From: an uncultured Chlamydiae bacterium
GTDB lineage: Bacteria > Chlamydiota > Chlamydiia > Chlamydiales > JAJFMA01
Direction of reading: 5' to 3'
Length of the DNA stretch: 51,694 nt
Assembly (NCBI GenBank): GCA_963713615.1
Contig: CAVQMM010000003.1
Location: forward strand, 1 to 51,694
Below the pieces are notes generated by a model that saw only the letters and a list, made by a program, of their open reading frames with translations, made no database searches and was not told the origin of the DNA. Position 1 is the stretch's first letter. Every line of letters begins with the position of its first letter. The position numbers and the translations under genes were made by a program. Shown piece after piece: positions 38,758-47,779 of the stretch.

Positions 38758-39513
38758 TTATGCGCGAGTCACGCGTTCTCGCATTCCTTCCTCAGCTGCA
38801 CTTCGCAAGGCGCTGATTGCATCGGACATTTTATCCGCTACAAACAAGCTAGTACCTGCGACAAAATTCGTCGCTCCCGCCTTGGCACATTCACGGGCCG
38901 TTTTATCATTGATTCCGCCATCGACCTGTATGTCCAAAGGAGGCATAGCAGCAGCTTGTGCCGCTGTTTCACAAGTCACTCCACCAGCTCTGATGTGCAG
39001 TCGTTCGCATACATCGCGAGCAAAGGCGATCTTTTCCAATACCTCAGGCATAAATGACTGCCCTCCAAAACCTGGGTGCACAGTCATCAAAAGCAAACAG
39101 TCTATCTTATCTAAAAACTTCAAAACCATCGATGCTGATGTCTCGGGGCAAAAAGCCAATCCCGTCTGAATGCCGCAACGACGAATATAGTTCAGAGTGT
39201 CTTCAACGTCTTCAGTGGCTTCAAAATGAAAGGTCAATCGATCTGCACCAGCTTCTATCATTTTCTCCACATAAGCGAAGGGATTGTAGACCATGAGATG
39301 AACATCCAAAAAGAGCTCTGTAGCGCGGTTAATGGCAGCCACCACCTGAGAGCCAATCGTCAGGTTGGGCACAAAATGTCCATCCATTACGTCGATGTGA
39401 AGACAATCTGCCCCCGAATCAGCAACACGCCGAGCCTCGTCGGCCAAATGACCAAAATCACCAGCTAAAATGGAGGGGGCGATAGTGACGCAATGCTCCT
39501 TTTTTCTAGCCAA
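38758..39513 (-). CDS. rpe: Ribulose-phosphate 3-epimerase
   Basis: IAPSILAGDF, HIDVMDGHFVPN, DVHLMV, MTVHPGFGGQ and QVDGGI motifs. Confidence 0.96.
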   Translation of the reverse strand: MARKKEHCVTIAPSILAGDFGHLADEARRVADSGADCLHIDVMDGHFVPNLTIGSQVVAAINRATELFLDVHLMVYNPFAYVEKMIEAGADRLTFHFEATEDVEDTLNYIRRCGIQTGLAFCPETSASMVLKFLDKIDCLLLMTVHPGFGGQSFMPEVLEKIAFARDVCERLHIRAGGVTCETAAQAAAMPPLDIQVDGGINDKTARECAKAGATNFVAGTSLFVADKMSDAISALRSAAEEGMRERVTRA

Positions 39514-39635
39514 AAAACTACCCCTGAAAGCCTAAGATAAGTTGAAATTAAACCATTGTGATAACGGCATCTAAGGCAAAAGTCAAGGTATTTTGCTTTT
39601 CCCCCCTCTTCGTCAGCGATAAGGATTAGGATTTA

Positions 39636-39899
39636 ACCACAGAGTACACAGAGAGCACAGAGGTTTAGGACAGAGAGAAGAGAATGTTCAATTACTGAAC
39701 AGATCCTCAATTTAATAGAAAAAGTTAGATTGAGTACCTGTCCCACTTGGTAGGCTTTAGATAAAGGTCGGTCTAAGGGCTTTGCTAAAACGATAGGCCC
39801 TCACGAGACTCCTTAGACCGACCTTTATCTAAAGCCTACCAAGTGGGACATTCTCTTCTCTCTGTCCTAAACCTCTGTGCTCTCTGTGTACTCTGTGGT
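39636..39899. repeat. Nested perfect inverted repeats (family F)
   Basis: Outer 52-bp arms at 39636-39687 and 39848-39899 (ACCACAGAG-TACACAGAG-AGCACAGAG); inner 40-bp arms at 39739-39778 and 39811-39850. Confidence 0.9.
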
Positions 39900-39945
39900 C
39901 AAAAACTCCTCTTTCCTCCCCCCTCCTCCTCATGGAATAACTTCC

Positions 39946-39974
39946 TTGATTTAAAGAAGATGTTCTGATATGAT
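39946..39974 (+). promoter_or_regulatory. Predicted promoter for brnQ-1
   Basis: TTGATT-N17-TATGAT, with TG extended -10. Confidence 0.65.
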
Positions 39975-40000
39975 AGCTTTAAATAAATGTAGGCCGATTA

Positions 40001-40060
40001 ATGGTTCGGAATTCGCTTAACATTCTCTTCGCCCTTTGTATTCGTATTATTGCGCTCTAG
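40001..40060 (+). CDS. Putative Ile/Leu/Val-rich leader peptide MVRNSLNILFALCIRIIAL
   Basis: 19-aa uORF between the promoter and brnQ-1; 9 of 19 residues are I/L/V; hairpin TATTGCGCT-CT-AGCGCAATA over the stop codon. Confidence 0.55.
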   Translation: MVRNSLNILFALCIRIIAL

Positions 40061-40136
40061 CGCAATACATCATACCCGCACAATCAGATCCATTATAATA
40101 AATCCCCTCAGCAATCCTTCTTTTTAGGTGTCGTTT

Positions 40137-41261
40137 ATGAGCTTCCTAAATAAGTCAAAAACACTCGCAACCGGCCTGGCGATGTTTTCTATGTTCTTCG
40201 GTGCCGGAAATATCGTGTTCCCATTGGTGGTTGGACAACAAATGCAGGACCAAACTTTGTCAGCCATCCTCGGCCTGCTGATTACTGCTATCTGTGTTCC
40301 CTTTGCCGGTGTCATCGCCATGGTCCTCTATGATGGACAACCACAGCGTTTCTTTGGTCGTATCGGACGAATCCCAGGAATCCTAGTAGCTGCTTGCATA
40401 TTAGCATTGATTGGCCCCTTCGGAGGCATGCCTCGCTGCGTAACACTTGCCTATTCCACTTTGAGCAGCCATGTGCCTTGGCTATCCTTGCCGGCATATA
40501 GTCTTATCGCCACTGTGATTATTTTCCTATGCAGTTACAGAAAAAATCGGATTCTGCCTGTGTTGGGTTACATTTTGACCCCAATCCTCCTTCTTTGTCT
40601 CTCTGGCATGGGTATCTCAGGCCTATTAATGGATGGCGTCCCTGAGGCCACCAACGTCGGTGGATGGGAGAGCTTTGTCTTCGGTCTGCAAGAGGGCTAC
40701 AATACCATGGATTTGTTAGCAGCCTTCTTCTTCTCAGGAGTAGTGCTCACCGGCCTAAAACAACAGCAAAGCGATACGTCCCCTAAAGACCTCTTTATGC
40801 AGGCTCTCAAGGCCAGCGTCATCGGAGCTAGCCTGTTGTCACTTATCTATGTCGTCTTTAGCATCGTGGCTGCCAAATTAGGACCTGAATTAGCCAGCAT
40901 TCCCACCGACAAGCTTTTGGGAGTGGTGAGTGCTCGAGTACTGGGGCCCTATACCAGCCTAATCGCAGGGTTAGCGATCTCTCTAACATGTTTAACAACA
41001 GCTATCGCTTTAGCGTGTGTCTTTGCGGAGGCGCTTCAGAAACAGCTTTTTGGAGGGCGTATTACTTACCTTCAAGCTCTAATGCTCACACTCATCATCA
41101 ACACCGCCACATCGATGTTAGAATTCACGGTCATTGTAGAGTTGTTGGCGCCTTTATTACAGCTGATCTATCCTGGACTGATCATTCTTACCATTGTGAA
41201 TATTGCATGGAAGCTCCTGCCACAGCAAATATTGACGCAACAAGTCTCTTCTCCTCATTAG
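40137..41261 (+). CDS. brnQ: Branched-chain amino acid:cation symporter BrnQ, paralog 1
   Basis: GLAMFSMFFGAGNIVFP, IGPFGGMPR, GYNTMDLLAAFFF and CLTTAI motifs. Confidence 0.93.
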   Translation: MSFLNKSKTLATGLAMFSMFFGAGNIVFPLVVGQQMQDQTLSAILGLLITAICVPFAGVIAMVLYDGQPQRFFGRIGRIPGILVAACILALIGPFGGMPRCVTLAYSTLSSHVPWLSLPAYSLIATVIIFLCSYRKNRILPVLGYILTPILLLCLSGMGISGLLMDGVPEATNVGGWESFVFGLQEGYNTMDLLAAFFFSGVVLTGLKQQQSDTSPKDLFMQALKASVIGASLLSLIYVVFSIVAAKLGPELASIPTDKLLGVVSARVLGPYTSLIAGLAISLTCLTTAIALACVFAEALQKQLFGGRITYLQALMLTLIINTATSMLEFTVIVELLAPLLQLIYPGLIILTIVNIAWKLLPQQILTQQVSSPH

Positions 41262-41411
41262 AGTTCACCCCCTCACAATGTTACTCGACAACCAGAGTCT
41301 TGAAGTGCGTGTCGCTCGCGGCCGCACTTCCAAAGCGTAGCACATCTATTCGATGGTTTGTGGCAGCAAAAAGCTCCCCCAACTCTTCACAAGAGCCCTC
41401 ATTTATTCCCC

Positions 41412-41440
41412 TTGCTATTAATTTTTGTTTACGCTATAAT
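41412..41440 (+). promoter_or_regulatory. Predicted promoter for brnQ-2
   Basis: TTGCTA-N17-TATAAT. Confidence 0.7.
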
Positions 41441-41446
41441 AGTGGC

Positions 41447-41602
41447 ATGTTTAAGCAAACCGAATCACATTCGTCTACTACAATTCAGTCCCCTGGACTG
41501 GTGCCCTATCAGTGCACTTCCAAGGGTCAGTTTGTGATCGCTCCCGCTGCTTTTCCATTTCTCCTTATCCCTTCTGTGCTCGTGCGCCTCGGGCGCATAT
41601 AA
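41447..41602 (+). CDS. Putative leader peptide (51 aa, ending VIAPAAFPFLLIPSVLVRLGRI)
   Basis: ATG 6 nt after the -10 box (leaderless-like); hairpin TGCGCC-TCG-GGCGCA just before the stop. Confidence 0.45.
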   Translation: MFKQTESHSSTTIQSPGLVPYQCTSKGQFVIAPAAFPFLLIPSVLVRLGRI

Positions 41603-41699
41603 TATTGGGTTCTTTTACTTTCATTTCCTTATATCGCTGGAGCCATTGGGGCTTCAGAGATAGTAAATTGATGATAACCTATAAAATTTGAGCATAGAA

Positions 41700-42815
41700 A
41701 TGAAATCAACTTTGCAGCTTTTGAAAACAGGCTTTGCCACCTTCTCCATGTTCTTCGGCGCCGGCAATATTCTCTTCCCTTTGGCTCTAGGTCAGAGCAC
41801 TCAAGATAAAGGCCTATATGCTATCCTAGGTTTGCTACTCACTGCAGTGGCCATCCCTATTTCCGGTTTGGTAGCAATGACCTGGTATAATGGCGATTAC
41901 AGACGTTTCTTTGGCCGGCTGGGCAACATTCCCGGATTATTAATAGCTCTTGTAATCATGCTTTTGCTCGGTCCATTGGGATCTACACCGCGCTGCATCG
42001 CCTTGGCCTATGCAACCATGAAAGTATCTTGTCCCGATTTGTCAGCTATTTTATTCTCTGCCGGCTCATGTATCCTGATTTTCCTGTGTGCAATGCGTAG
42101 AAGGCGCATTATGGATATGCTAGGAGTTCTATTGACCCCACTGCTCTTGGGCACTTTAGCCTTGATCATCATTAGTGGTATTATAGGTGCACCTGAAATT
42201 GGCACCAGCGACTTTACCAGCTCAGGAGCCTTCTACCATGGCTTGACAGAAGGCTATTATACCATGGACCTATTGGCAGCCTTCTTCTTCTCGTCTGTAA
42301 TCATCCGCGGAGTGCAACGCGACTTACAAGATCAAGGCAGTAGCCAAGAACAGATCCGTCAGCGCACGATCCAGGCAGGCTTGATTGGTGCCGCCCTCCT
42401 AGCTTCTGTTTATTGTGCCTTCTGTTACCTTGCAGCTCATCATACAAGTCATATCGAAGGCCTCAGCACAGACCGATTGCTGGGTGCGTTGACCCTACAT
42501 CTTCTAGGTCCTTATGCTGGAATGGTCGCATCGCTAACGGTAGCATTAGCCTGCCTAACCACCGCCATTGCCCTGATTGCCGTTTTCGCTGAATTTTTCA
42601 GCCGTTATATCATGCAGGATAAAATCTCCTATCGTACGGCTTTGGCACTATCGCTAGGAGTTACCTTTCTGGTTTCGTGCGTCGAACTCGTCGGCATCAT
42701 GGCATTTTTGGCGCCTGTCCTAGAAATTCTCTATCCCGTCCTCATAGCCTTGACAGCCTACAATATGATCTCGCGTCCAACAGCCGAATCTAAGCCGCAC
42801 ACTGTTGTAGCGTAA
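41700..42815 (+). CDS. brnQ: BrnQ-family transporter, paralog 2
   Basis: FSMFFGAGNILFP, GPLGSTPR, GYYTMDLLAAFFF and CLTTAI motifs. Confidence 0.92.
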   Translation: MKSTLQLLKTGFATFSMFFGAGNILFPLALGQSTQDKGLYAILGLLLTAVAIPISGLVAMTWYNGDYRRFFGRLGNIPGLLIALVIMLLLGPLGSTPRCIALAYATMKVSCPDLSAILFSAGSCILIFLCAMRRRRIMDMLGVLLTPLLLGTLALIIISGIIGAPEIGTSDFTSSGAFYHGLTEGYYTMDLLAAFFFSSVIIRGVQRDLQDQGSSQEQIRQRTIQAGLIGAALLASVYCAFCYLAAHHTSHIEGLSTDRLLGALTLHLLGPYAGMVASLTVALACLTTAIALIAVFAEFFSRYIMQDKISYRTALALSLGVTFLVSCVELVGIMAFLAPVLEILYPVLIALTAYNMISRPTAESKPHTVVA

Positions 42816-42892
42816 AATCGAGGTCAATGATTTTCTGCTAGTCCGACTTATATTAAAAATATGTTATAATAGTTTTAAATAAGCGGATTAGC

Positions 42893-43303
42893 ATGAAAAA
42901 AGAACTAAAAGAGCTAACGAAAACCGATGTTACAGGCGTAAGTCACTCTCTACGCCATCAGAAAGAATTGTGCGATATCATTTCGGTATCGGGCGGCAAG
43001 ATCTATGCCAATTTTGGCGACAAAGTGGGAATTCCGCAGCGCCAGCGTTTTGAAGATAACTACCGTTTAGCGATGGCTATCCGCAGCTACTATCGCACAA
43101 ACGAAGGTCGCATACACAGCAGACGTTCTTTTTTAGCGTTTCTCACACTCCTAAAAAACAAGCTATCATCTCAAGCCCGCCATCTTGAAGAAACCAGCCT
43201 AGATGCCGAGCAAGCACAGAAAATAGACAAAAAGGCCCTTTCTACCATCCAGAAAATTTTTGAAGATCTCACACCCAACGACAAATTGGACGAACTGAGG
43301 TAA
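42893..43303 (+). CDS. Hypothetical protein (136 aa)
   Basis: ORF fills the gap between brnQ-2 and brnQ-3; TGTTATAAT extended -10 about 25 nt upstream. Confidence 0.7.
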   Translation: MKKELKELTKTDVTGVSHSLRHQKELCDIISVSGGKIYANFGDKVGIPQRQRFEDNYRLAMAIRSYYRTNEGRIHSRRSFLAFLTLLKNKLSSQARHLEETSLDAEQAQKIDKKALSTIQKIFEDLTPNDKLDELR

Positions 43304-43328
43304 CTGCAGAAGTATTTGCGCTGCTCCC

Positions 43329-43369
43329 CTGTGGCACTCATGGAGTGACATGGAGTGACTGCGCCACAG
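43329..43369. repeat. Collapsed family B REP pair
   Basis: CTGTGGC...CATGGAGTGA-CATGGAGTGACTGCGCCACAG. Confidence 0.6.
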
Positions 43370-43443
43370 AGGACTTCTGAAGAACTAGAAAAGAAACTAT
43401 ATGGTCAGATATTATTACGTAAAGATTGAAATCAATAGGCCTT

Positions 43444-44607
43444 ATGCTTGGATCCCTGAAGTCAAATACCGTTAGTACAGGCCTTGCCATGTTTTCCATG
43501 TTCTTTGGCGCGGGAAATATTGTATTTCCGCTAGCCGTGGGCTTGGCTGCTGGAGGTTATAACCACTATGCAATGATCGGCTTGACCATTTCAGCCGTCT
43601 TGGTTCCTTTTTTGGGATTGATTTCGATGACGGTATTTGACGGTAAGTACCGACATTTCTTTGCACGCATAGGAACGGTTCCCGGAATGTTGCTTGCTGC
43701 CGCTATATTGGCATTAGTCGGACCATTCGGAGCTATCCCACGCTGCATCACGCTAGCCTATGCTACGCTAGCTCTGTTTGTTCCCAACACATCGCTGATC
43801 TGGTTCAGCATAATTTCCTGCATCATCATTTTTCTTTGTGCCTATCGGCGCAGTCGCTTACTAGATCTTTTGGGGTATGTACTGACGCCCCTACTGTTGG
43901 TGTCACTAATTATCATTGTCACGCTAGGTATTGCGAATGCACCTGGGATTCCTATCCCAACACTGTCACCACCAGAAGCCTTTCAATTGGGCCTGGTCAA
44001 TGGGTACCAAACGATGGACCTTCTCGGAGCCTTCTTCTTTTCTTCGGTGGTGATGGCTTGCTTGCACCATGAGCTAGACCCGAATCAAACTCGTCCCTAT
44101 CATCAGTTGGTGATCTTAGCCTTAAAAGCTAGTATCCTAGGTGCCGGGTTACTTATTCTCTTCTATGTGGGCTTCAGCTACGTTGCGGGCTACAACGCAA
44201 CATCCTTAGCAGGCACCGCTCCTCAAGCTCTTTTAGGGATGCTAGCCCTACATACTCTGGGCCCTTTTGGTGGAATTGTCGCATGTGTGGCAGCCGCCTT
44301 GGCTTGCCTAACCACTGCAGTCGCCCTCTCGGCTGTGTTTGCTCAGTTTCTTAATCAGGATATTTGCCGTGAAACGATCAACTACCCAACAAGTCTCGCC
44401 ATTACTCTAGCGATTTCATTTCTCGTGTCCACCCTGGATTTTCATGGCATCGCTGCCGTATTGACGCCTATCCTACATATCTGTTATCCAGGCCTGATCG
44501 TCCTTGCATTAGTCAATCTTCTTTATAAATTAACCGGCTTTGCTCCAGTAAAAACTCCGGTCTATCTAGCCTTTATCTTGTCGCTCATCGTCTATTTGAC
44601 CTCATAA
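43444..44607 (+). CDS. brnQ: BrnQ-family transporter, paralog 3
   Basis: GLAMFSMFFGAGNIVFP, GPFGAIPR, GYQTMDLLGAFFF and CLTTAV motifs. Confidence 0.93.
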   Translation: MLGSLKSNTVSTGLAMFSMFFGAGNIVFPLAVGLAAGGYNHYAMIGLTISAVLVPFLGLISMTVFDGKYRHFFARIGTVPGMLLAAAILALVGPFGAIPRCITLAYATLALFVPNTSLIWFSIISCIIIFLCAYRRSRLLDLLGYVLTPLLLVSLIIIVTLGIANAPGIPIPTLSPPEAFQLGLVNGYQTMDLLGAFFFSSVVMACLHHELDPNQTRPYHQLVILALKASILGAGLLILFYVGFSYVAGYNATSLAGTAPQALLGMLALHTLGPFGGIVACVAAALACLTTAVALSAVFAQFLNQDICRETINYPTSLAITLAISFLVSTLDFHGIAAVLTPILHICYPGLIVLALVNLLYKLTGFAPVKTPVYLAFILSLIVYLTS

Positions 44608-44634
44608 AAAAATGGGTCAGTGGCAGCAAATGGC

Positions 44635-46596
44635 TTAAGACAGGGGTATTCCCAACAAGGTTGATCGAATGACATCCTGAAAAGTCACGCGCCGATGAAC
44701 GCTATCGCACCGGTAAATGTAGCCGACACCGGGCGTATCTCTGAACATGGTGTAAGTCGTTGCCAAGGATGTGGGGGCGATATCCAAGCCTTGAATGGCA
44801 TCGTCAAGAATGCCACGAACGGAAGGGTCATCAGCAATGACCACAGCATAGAGAAACTCGGCATCTTCACGAAACCGGCAGCTATAGCTTTCGCTGGGCA
44901 AAAACCCTTCATCAAAGGCTTTTAGAAGCATTAAATATAAATTGCGCAATGCTATAGGCTCCATCACACTGCGCATAATGACAGGAGTCAGAGAGTAGAA
45001 GAAGTTTTCTAATAAAAAGTTATTGACCGCACCATCCTTCAATAGCAGATTACGCACAGAGCGCAAAAGCTCATTCTGCTTAGCGATCATACCTCCATTA
45101 TAATCACGAACCTCACCAACCACTCGCGCAACTTCAGCAACCACCCATTGACGTGCCTTGTAGATATCGATAGAGTGATCTTCGCGTAAAAATTCTTCTT
45201 TGGCCAATTTAACACGAAACACCGTTGCTTCTTTAGGATATTTTCGCCGCAACATGCCGATGCGACGGCAGCGATCGTGAATATATTCTAGGGGACAGTT
45301 GGCGTGCTGGAACATCTCTTTTAAAGGAACATCCCCCTTGCCCAATACCCTGGCTAAAACAACCGTAAAATAGAGATGTGCATAGGATTGCTCATCAAAC
45401 GATACATGCAGTTGGGGTAAATCTCTAACATACTTGATCTGATTACCCAACGTCAGAATATTCCGCATGATCTCTTCTTCATTGCGCGGATTGAAGACTG
45501 GATGCATCGGGTGCTCAATGCGGTCTTTAAGATCATTGGGCAGCTGCTTTTCGAGCTGTTTGAGCTCTGGCAAACACCACTCCGAACCATCTCCCTTGTC
45601 TATTTCCAAGTATAGGGTAGCGATGTTTTCCGATCCCCTCTTGTTAGCAAGAAAAGACCCTTCAACAGCTCGAGCTTTATGAAAGTGCCTTCTGACAGCC
45701 CTAATAAGGTGCCTTTCCTCCAAGACCTCCTTATTCCGAAGGAAAGTGACGCCAATAATCATGGCTAACCGAAAACGTGGCGCCTCCTTATCATCTTTGA
45801 CGTGCACCTTATAAAGCTTGAGCACCAAATGACGCTTGTTAGGTGTTCGTACAACCGACTCTTGAAGAGCCTTTCGGAACAAATAGAAAACGCTAATGAT
45901 TCTAGTGAGGTGACGGCAATCACGTACGGCCTTGAATTCATCAGGACACATCACCAAAACGTGCTGCATTTCCGTGAAAACATCGTTGTCAAATTCTTTA
46001 GGGAGCCTATTAACAAGATGAGCCATGCGTTCATGAATCTCAGCTGTCTGCTGGTCTGCCGTCCAACCTTTACTCTCTAAAATGCGTCGCGCATGATACG
46101 CCGAACGCACGCCAACCAGGATCTCTGCCTCAATAATCGGAAGGTTGCGCCGGACCTGTTCGAGTTCTTCACGGTCTTCAATGCGCATAACCATTTGGCA
46201 AACGGTATAGATTTGCGGTCCCCCAAATTGGGGTATCTGAAAATCTGCAGCATAAAACAAGAGGTTGTTTAATCCCGTGCCTGGCACCAGCCAACTGGTC
46301 ACCATCTCAAAGAAAAACCTGCAAGTCTTGCTACGCAGGCGCGCCAGCAGTGAAAAAGAAATATTGGCAGGCGCCTCGCGGAGAGGGGAGCACGACATCA
46401 TTGGCAACAATGATGCCAAACGTTTAGCCCTTTCTTCCTGGGACAACCCCGCTGCCTGCATATCCCTAAAAAAGTTGTCAGGCAACATTGCCTTCAGGAT
46501 AGCTCTAATGGCCTGCGGATAGTAGCGATTAAGATCGCATCCTTCCGGCAAATGGAAAATCGGCGAGATGTGAGGGAGCCCTTCGGGGTCCAGCAT
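44635..46596 (-). CDS. Hypothetical protein (653 aa)
   Basis: Long ORF of globular composition; RNEEE and RDYNGG motifs; no function recognised. Confidence 0.8.
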   Translation of the reverse strand: MLDPEGLPHISPIFHLPEGCDLNRYYPQAIRAILKAMLPDNFFRDMQAAGLSQEERAKRLASLLPMMSCSPLREAPANISFSLLARLRSKTCRFFFEMVTSWLVPGTGLNNLLFYAADFQIPQFGGPQIYTVCQMVMRIEDREELEQVRRNLPIIEAEILVGVRSAYHARRILESKGWTADQQTAEIHERMAHLVNRLPKEFDNDVFTEMQHVLVMCPDEFKAVRDCRHLTRIISVFYLFRKALQESVVRTPNKRHLVLKLYKVHVKDDKEAPRFRLAMIIGVTFLRNKEVLEERHLIRAVRRHFHKARAVEGSFLANKRGSENIATLYLEIDKGDGSEWCLPELKQLEKQLPNDLKDRIEHPMHPVFNPRNEEEIMRNILTLGNQIKYVRDLPQLHVSFDEQSYAHLYFTVVLARVLGKGDVPLKEMFQHANCPLEYIHDRCRRIGMLRRKYPKEATVFRVKLAKEEFLREDHSIDIYKARQWVVAEVARVVGEVRDYNGGMIAKQNELLRSVRNLLLKDGAVNNFLLENFFYSLTPVIMRSVMEPIALRNLYLMLLKAFDEGFLPSESYSCRFREDAEFLYAVVIADDPSVRGILDDAIQGLDIAPTSLATTYTMFRDTPGVGYIYRCDSVHRRVTFQDVIRSTLLGIPLS

Positions 46597-46789
46597 GGCA
46601 TCTTACCCTAAAACTAGTGATATTTGTAGACGCCTTAAGCGTTTGCAAAAGTACACCAACGTTAATACCATGCATGACCTTTGGCGACAAGCATCATCGT
46701 ATCGGCGCATAGAAGCTCGTAGGGCTTTTTTAGGATTTTTACCGCCTAGGCGCCGAGACACCGAGACAGGAAAGAGAGGAGAGAGGGGA

Positions 46790-47566
46790 TTAATTTTCAT
46801 ATACTGGAATGGATACAAACTCTCCATTCGCCTCACGGATGAAGGTACCCCCATTAGAACTCAACGCATCGCGAAAAGATCGCACTAGCAATGGTACCCT
46901 ATTTCGCGCAGCCAAATTCAAACAACGGGGATGCAAGATCTGCCCACTCTTACAGACAACCTGACTCGCCTGCTCATATGATAATTCGGACAATAAACGC
47001 GCATCAGGATACTGCTTGGGGTCAGCTTCAAAAACCCCGGGAACGTCTTTAAAAAACTCCACGCGCTCAGCACCCAAGGCTACCCCTAAAGCCACGGCTG
47101 TGGTATCTGACCCTCCACGCCCCAACGTAGTAATCTCACCATCGCTGCTGACCCCCTGAAAACCAGCCACAATAACCACAAAACGATCCGCGAAAGCCTC
47201 TAAAAGACGCTTTGGACGCACATCAGTAATCATCGCATTACTGTGCTGTCGGCAAGTAATAATTCCCGACTGGCTGCCCGTAAAACTCTTGGCCGGACAT
47301 CCCTTTCCCGCCAGCGCCATAGCCAGTAACGCGATGCTGATGCGTTCCCCCACACTGACCAACATATCATATTCACGTCGTGGAGGCGCTGGATTCACCT
47401 TCCTGGCCAACGCATCCAACTCGTCAGTGGTATCTCCCATCGCACTAACGACGATGGCAAGCCGCGAATATTCGCGTAATCGATCTATGACGATATCCGC
47501 CACATGGAAAAAATGTTCGGGAGTAGCCACAGAAGCTCCACCGAATTTCATGACTAATGTCTTCAT
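46790..47566 (-). CDS. lysC: Aspartate kinase, catalytic domain only (no ACT domains)
   Basis: MKFGGASV, VVSAMGDTTD, GERIS, AGFQG, TTLGRGGSD and DPK motifs; ends at ~258 aa. Confidence 0.88.
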   Translation of the reverse strand: MKTLVMKFGGASVATPEHFFHVADIVIDRLREYSRLAIVVSAMGDTTDELDALARKVNPAPPRREYDMLVSVGERISIALLAMALAGKGCPAKSFTGSQSGIITCRQHSNAMITDVRPKRLLEAFADRFVVIVAGFQGVSSDGEITTLGRGGSDTTAVALGVALGAERVEFFKDVPGVFEADPKQYPDARLLSELSYEQASQVVCKSGQILHPRCLNLAARNRVPLLVRSFRDALSSNGGTFIREANGEFVSIPVYEN

Positions 47567-47779
47567 CACATCACCCATCTTTTGAGCTTATTGTTCCATA
47601 ACCCTTCTTGCTTTCGAAAATTTGCCTCTTACCTGCCAAAGGTCATTTGGATTTTTTTTCAGACTTTCGCTATAATCGCACATCTGAATCTATTGAAATT
47701 CCGCAAACTCTTGGTTTGTGGCCAAGTTGGCTATACGATAGGGCAGGCTTGGCGGCAAGTCAAACGCTATTTGGATATT

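Noticed and set aside
40988..41446. 5' part of the 204-aa ORF 40988-41602
   Set aside because: Overlaps brnQ-1 out of frame and crosses a repeat remnant and a promoter; only the part from ATG 41447 is plausible
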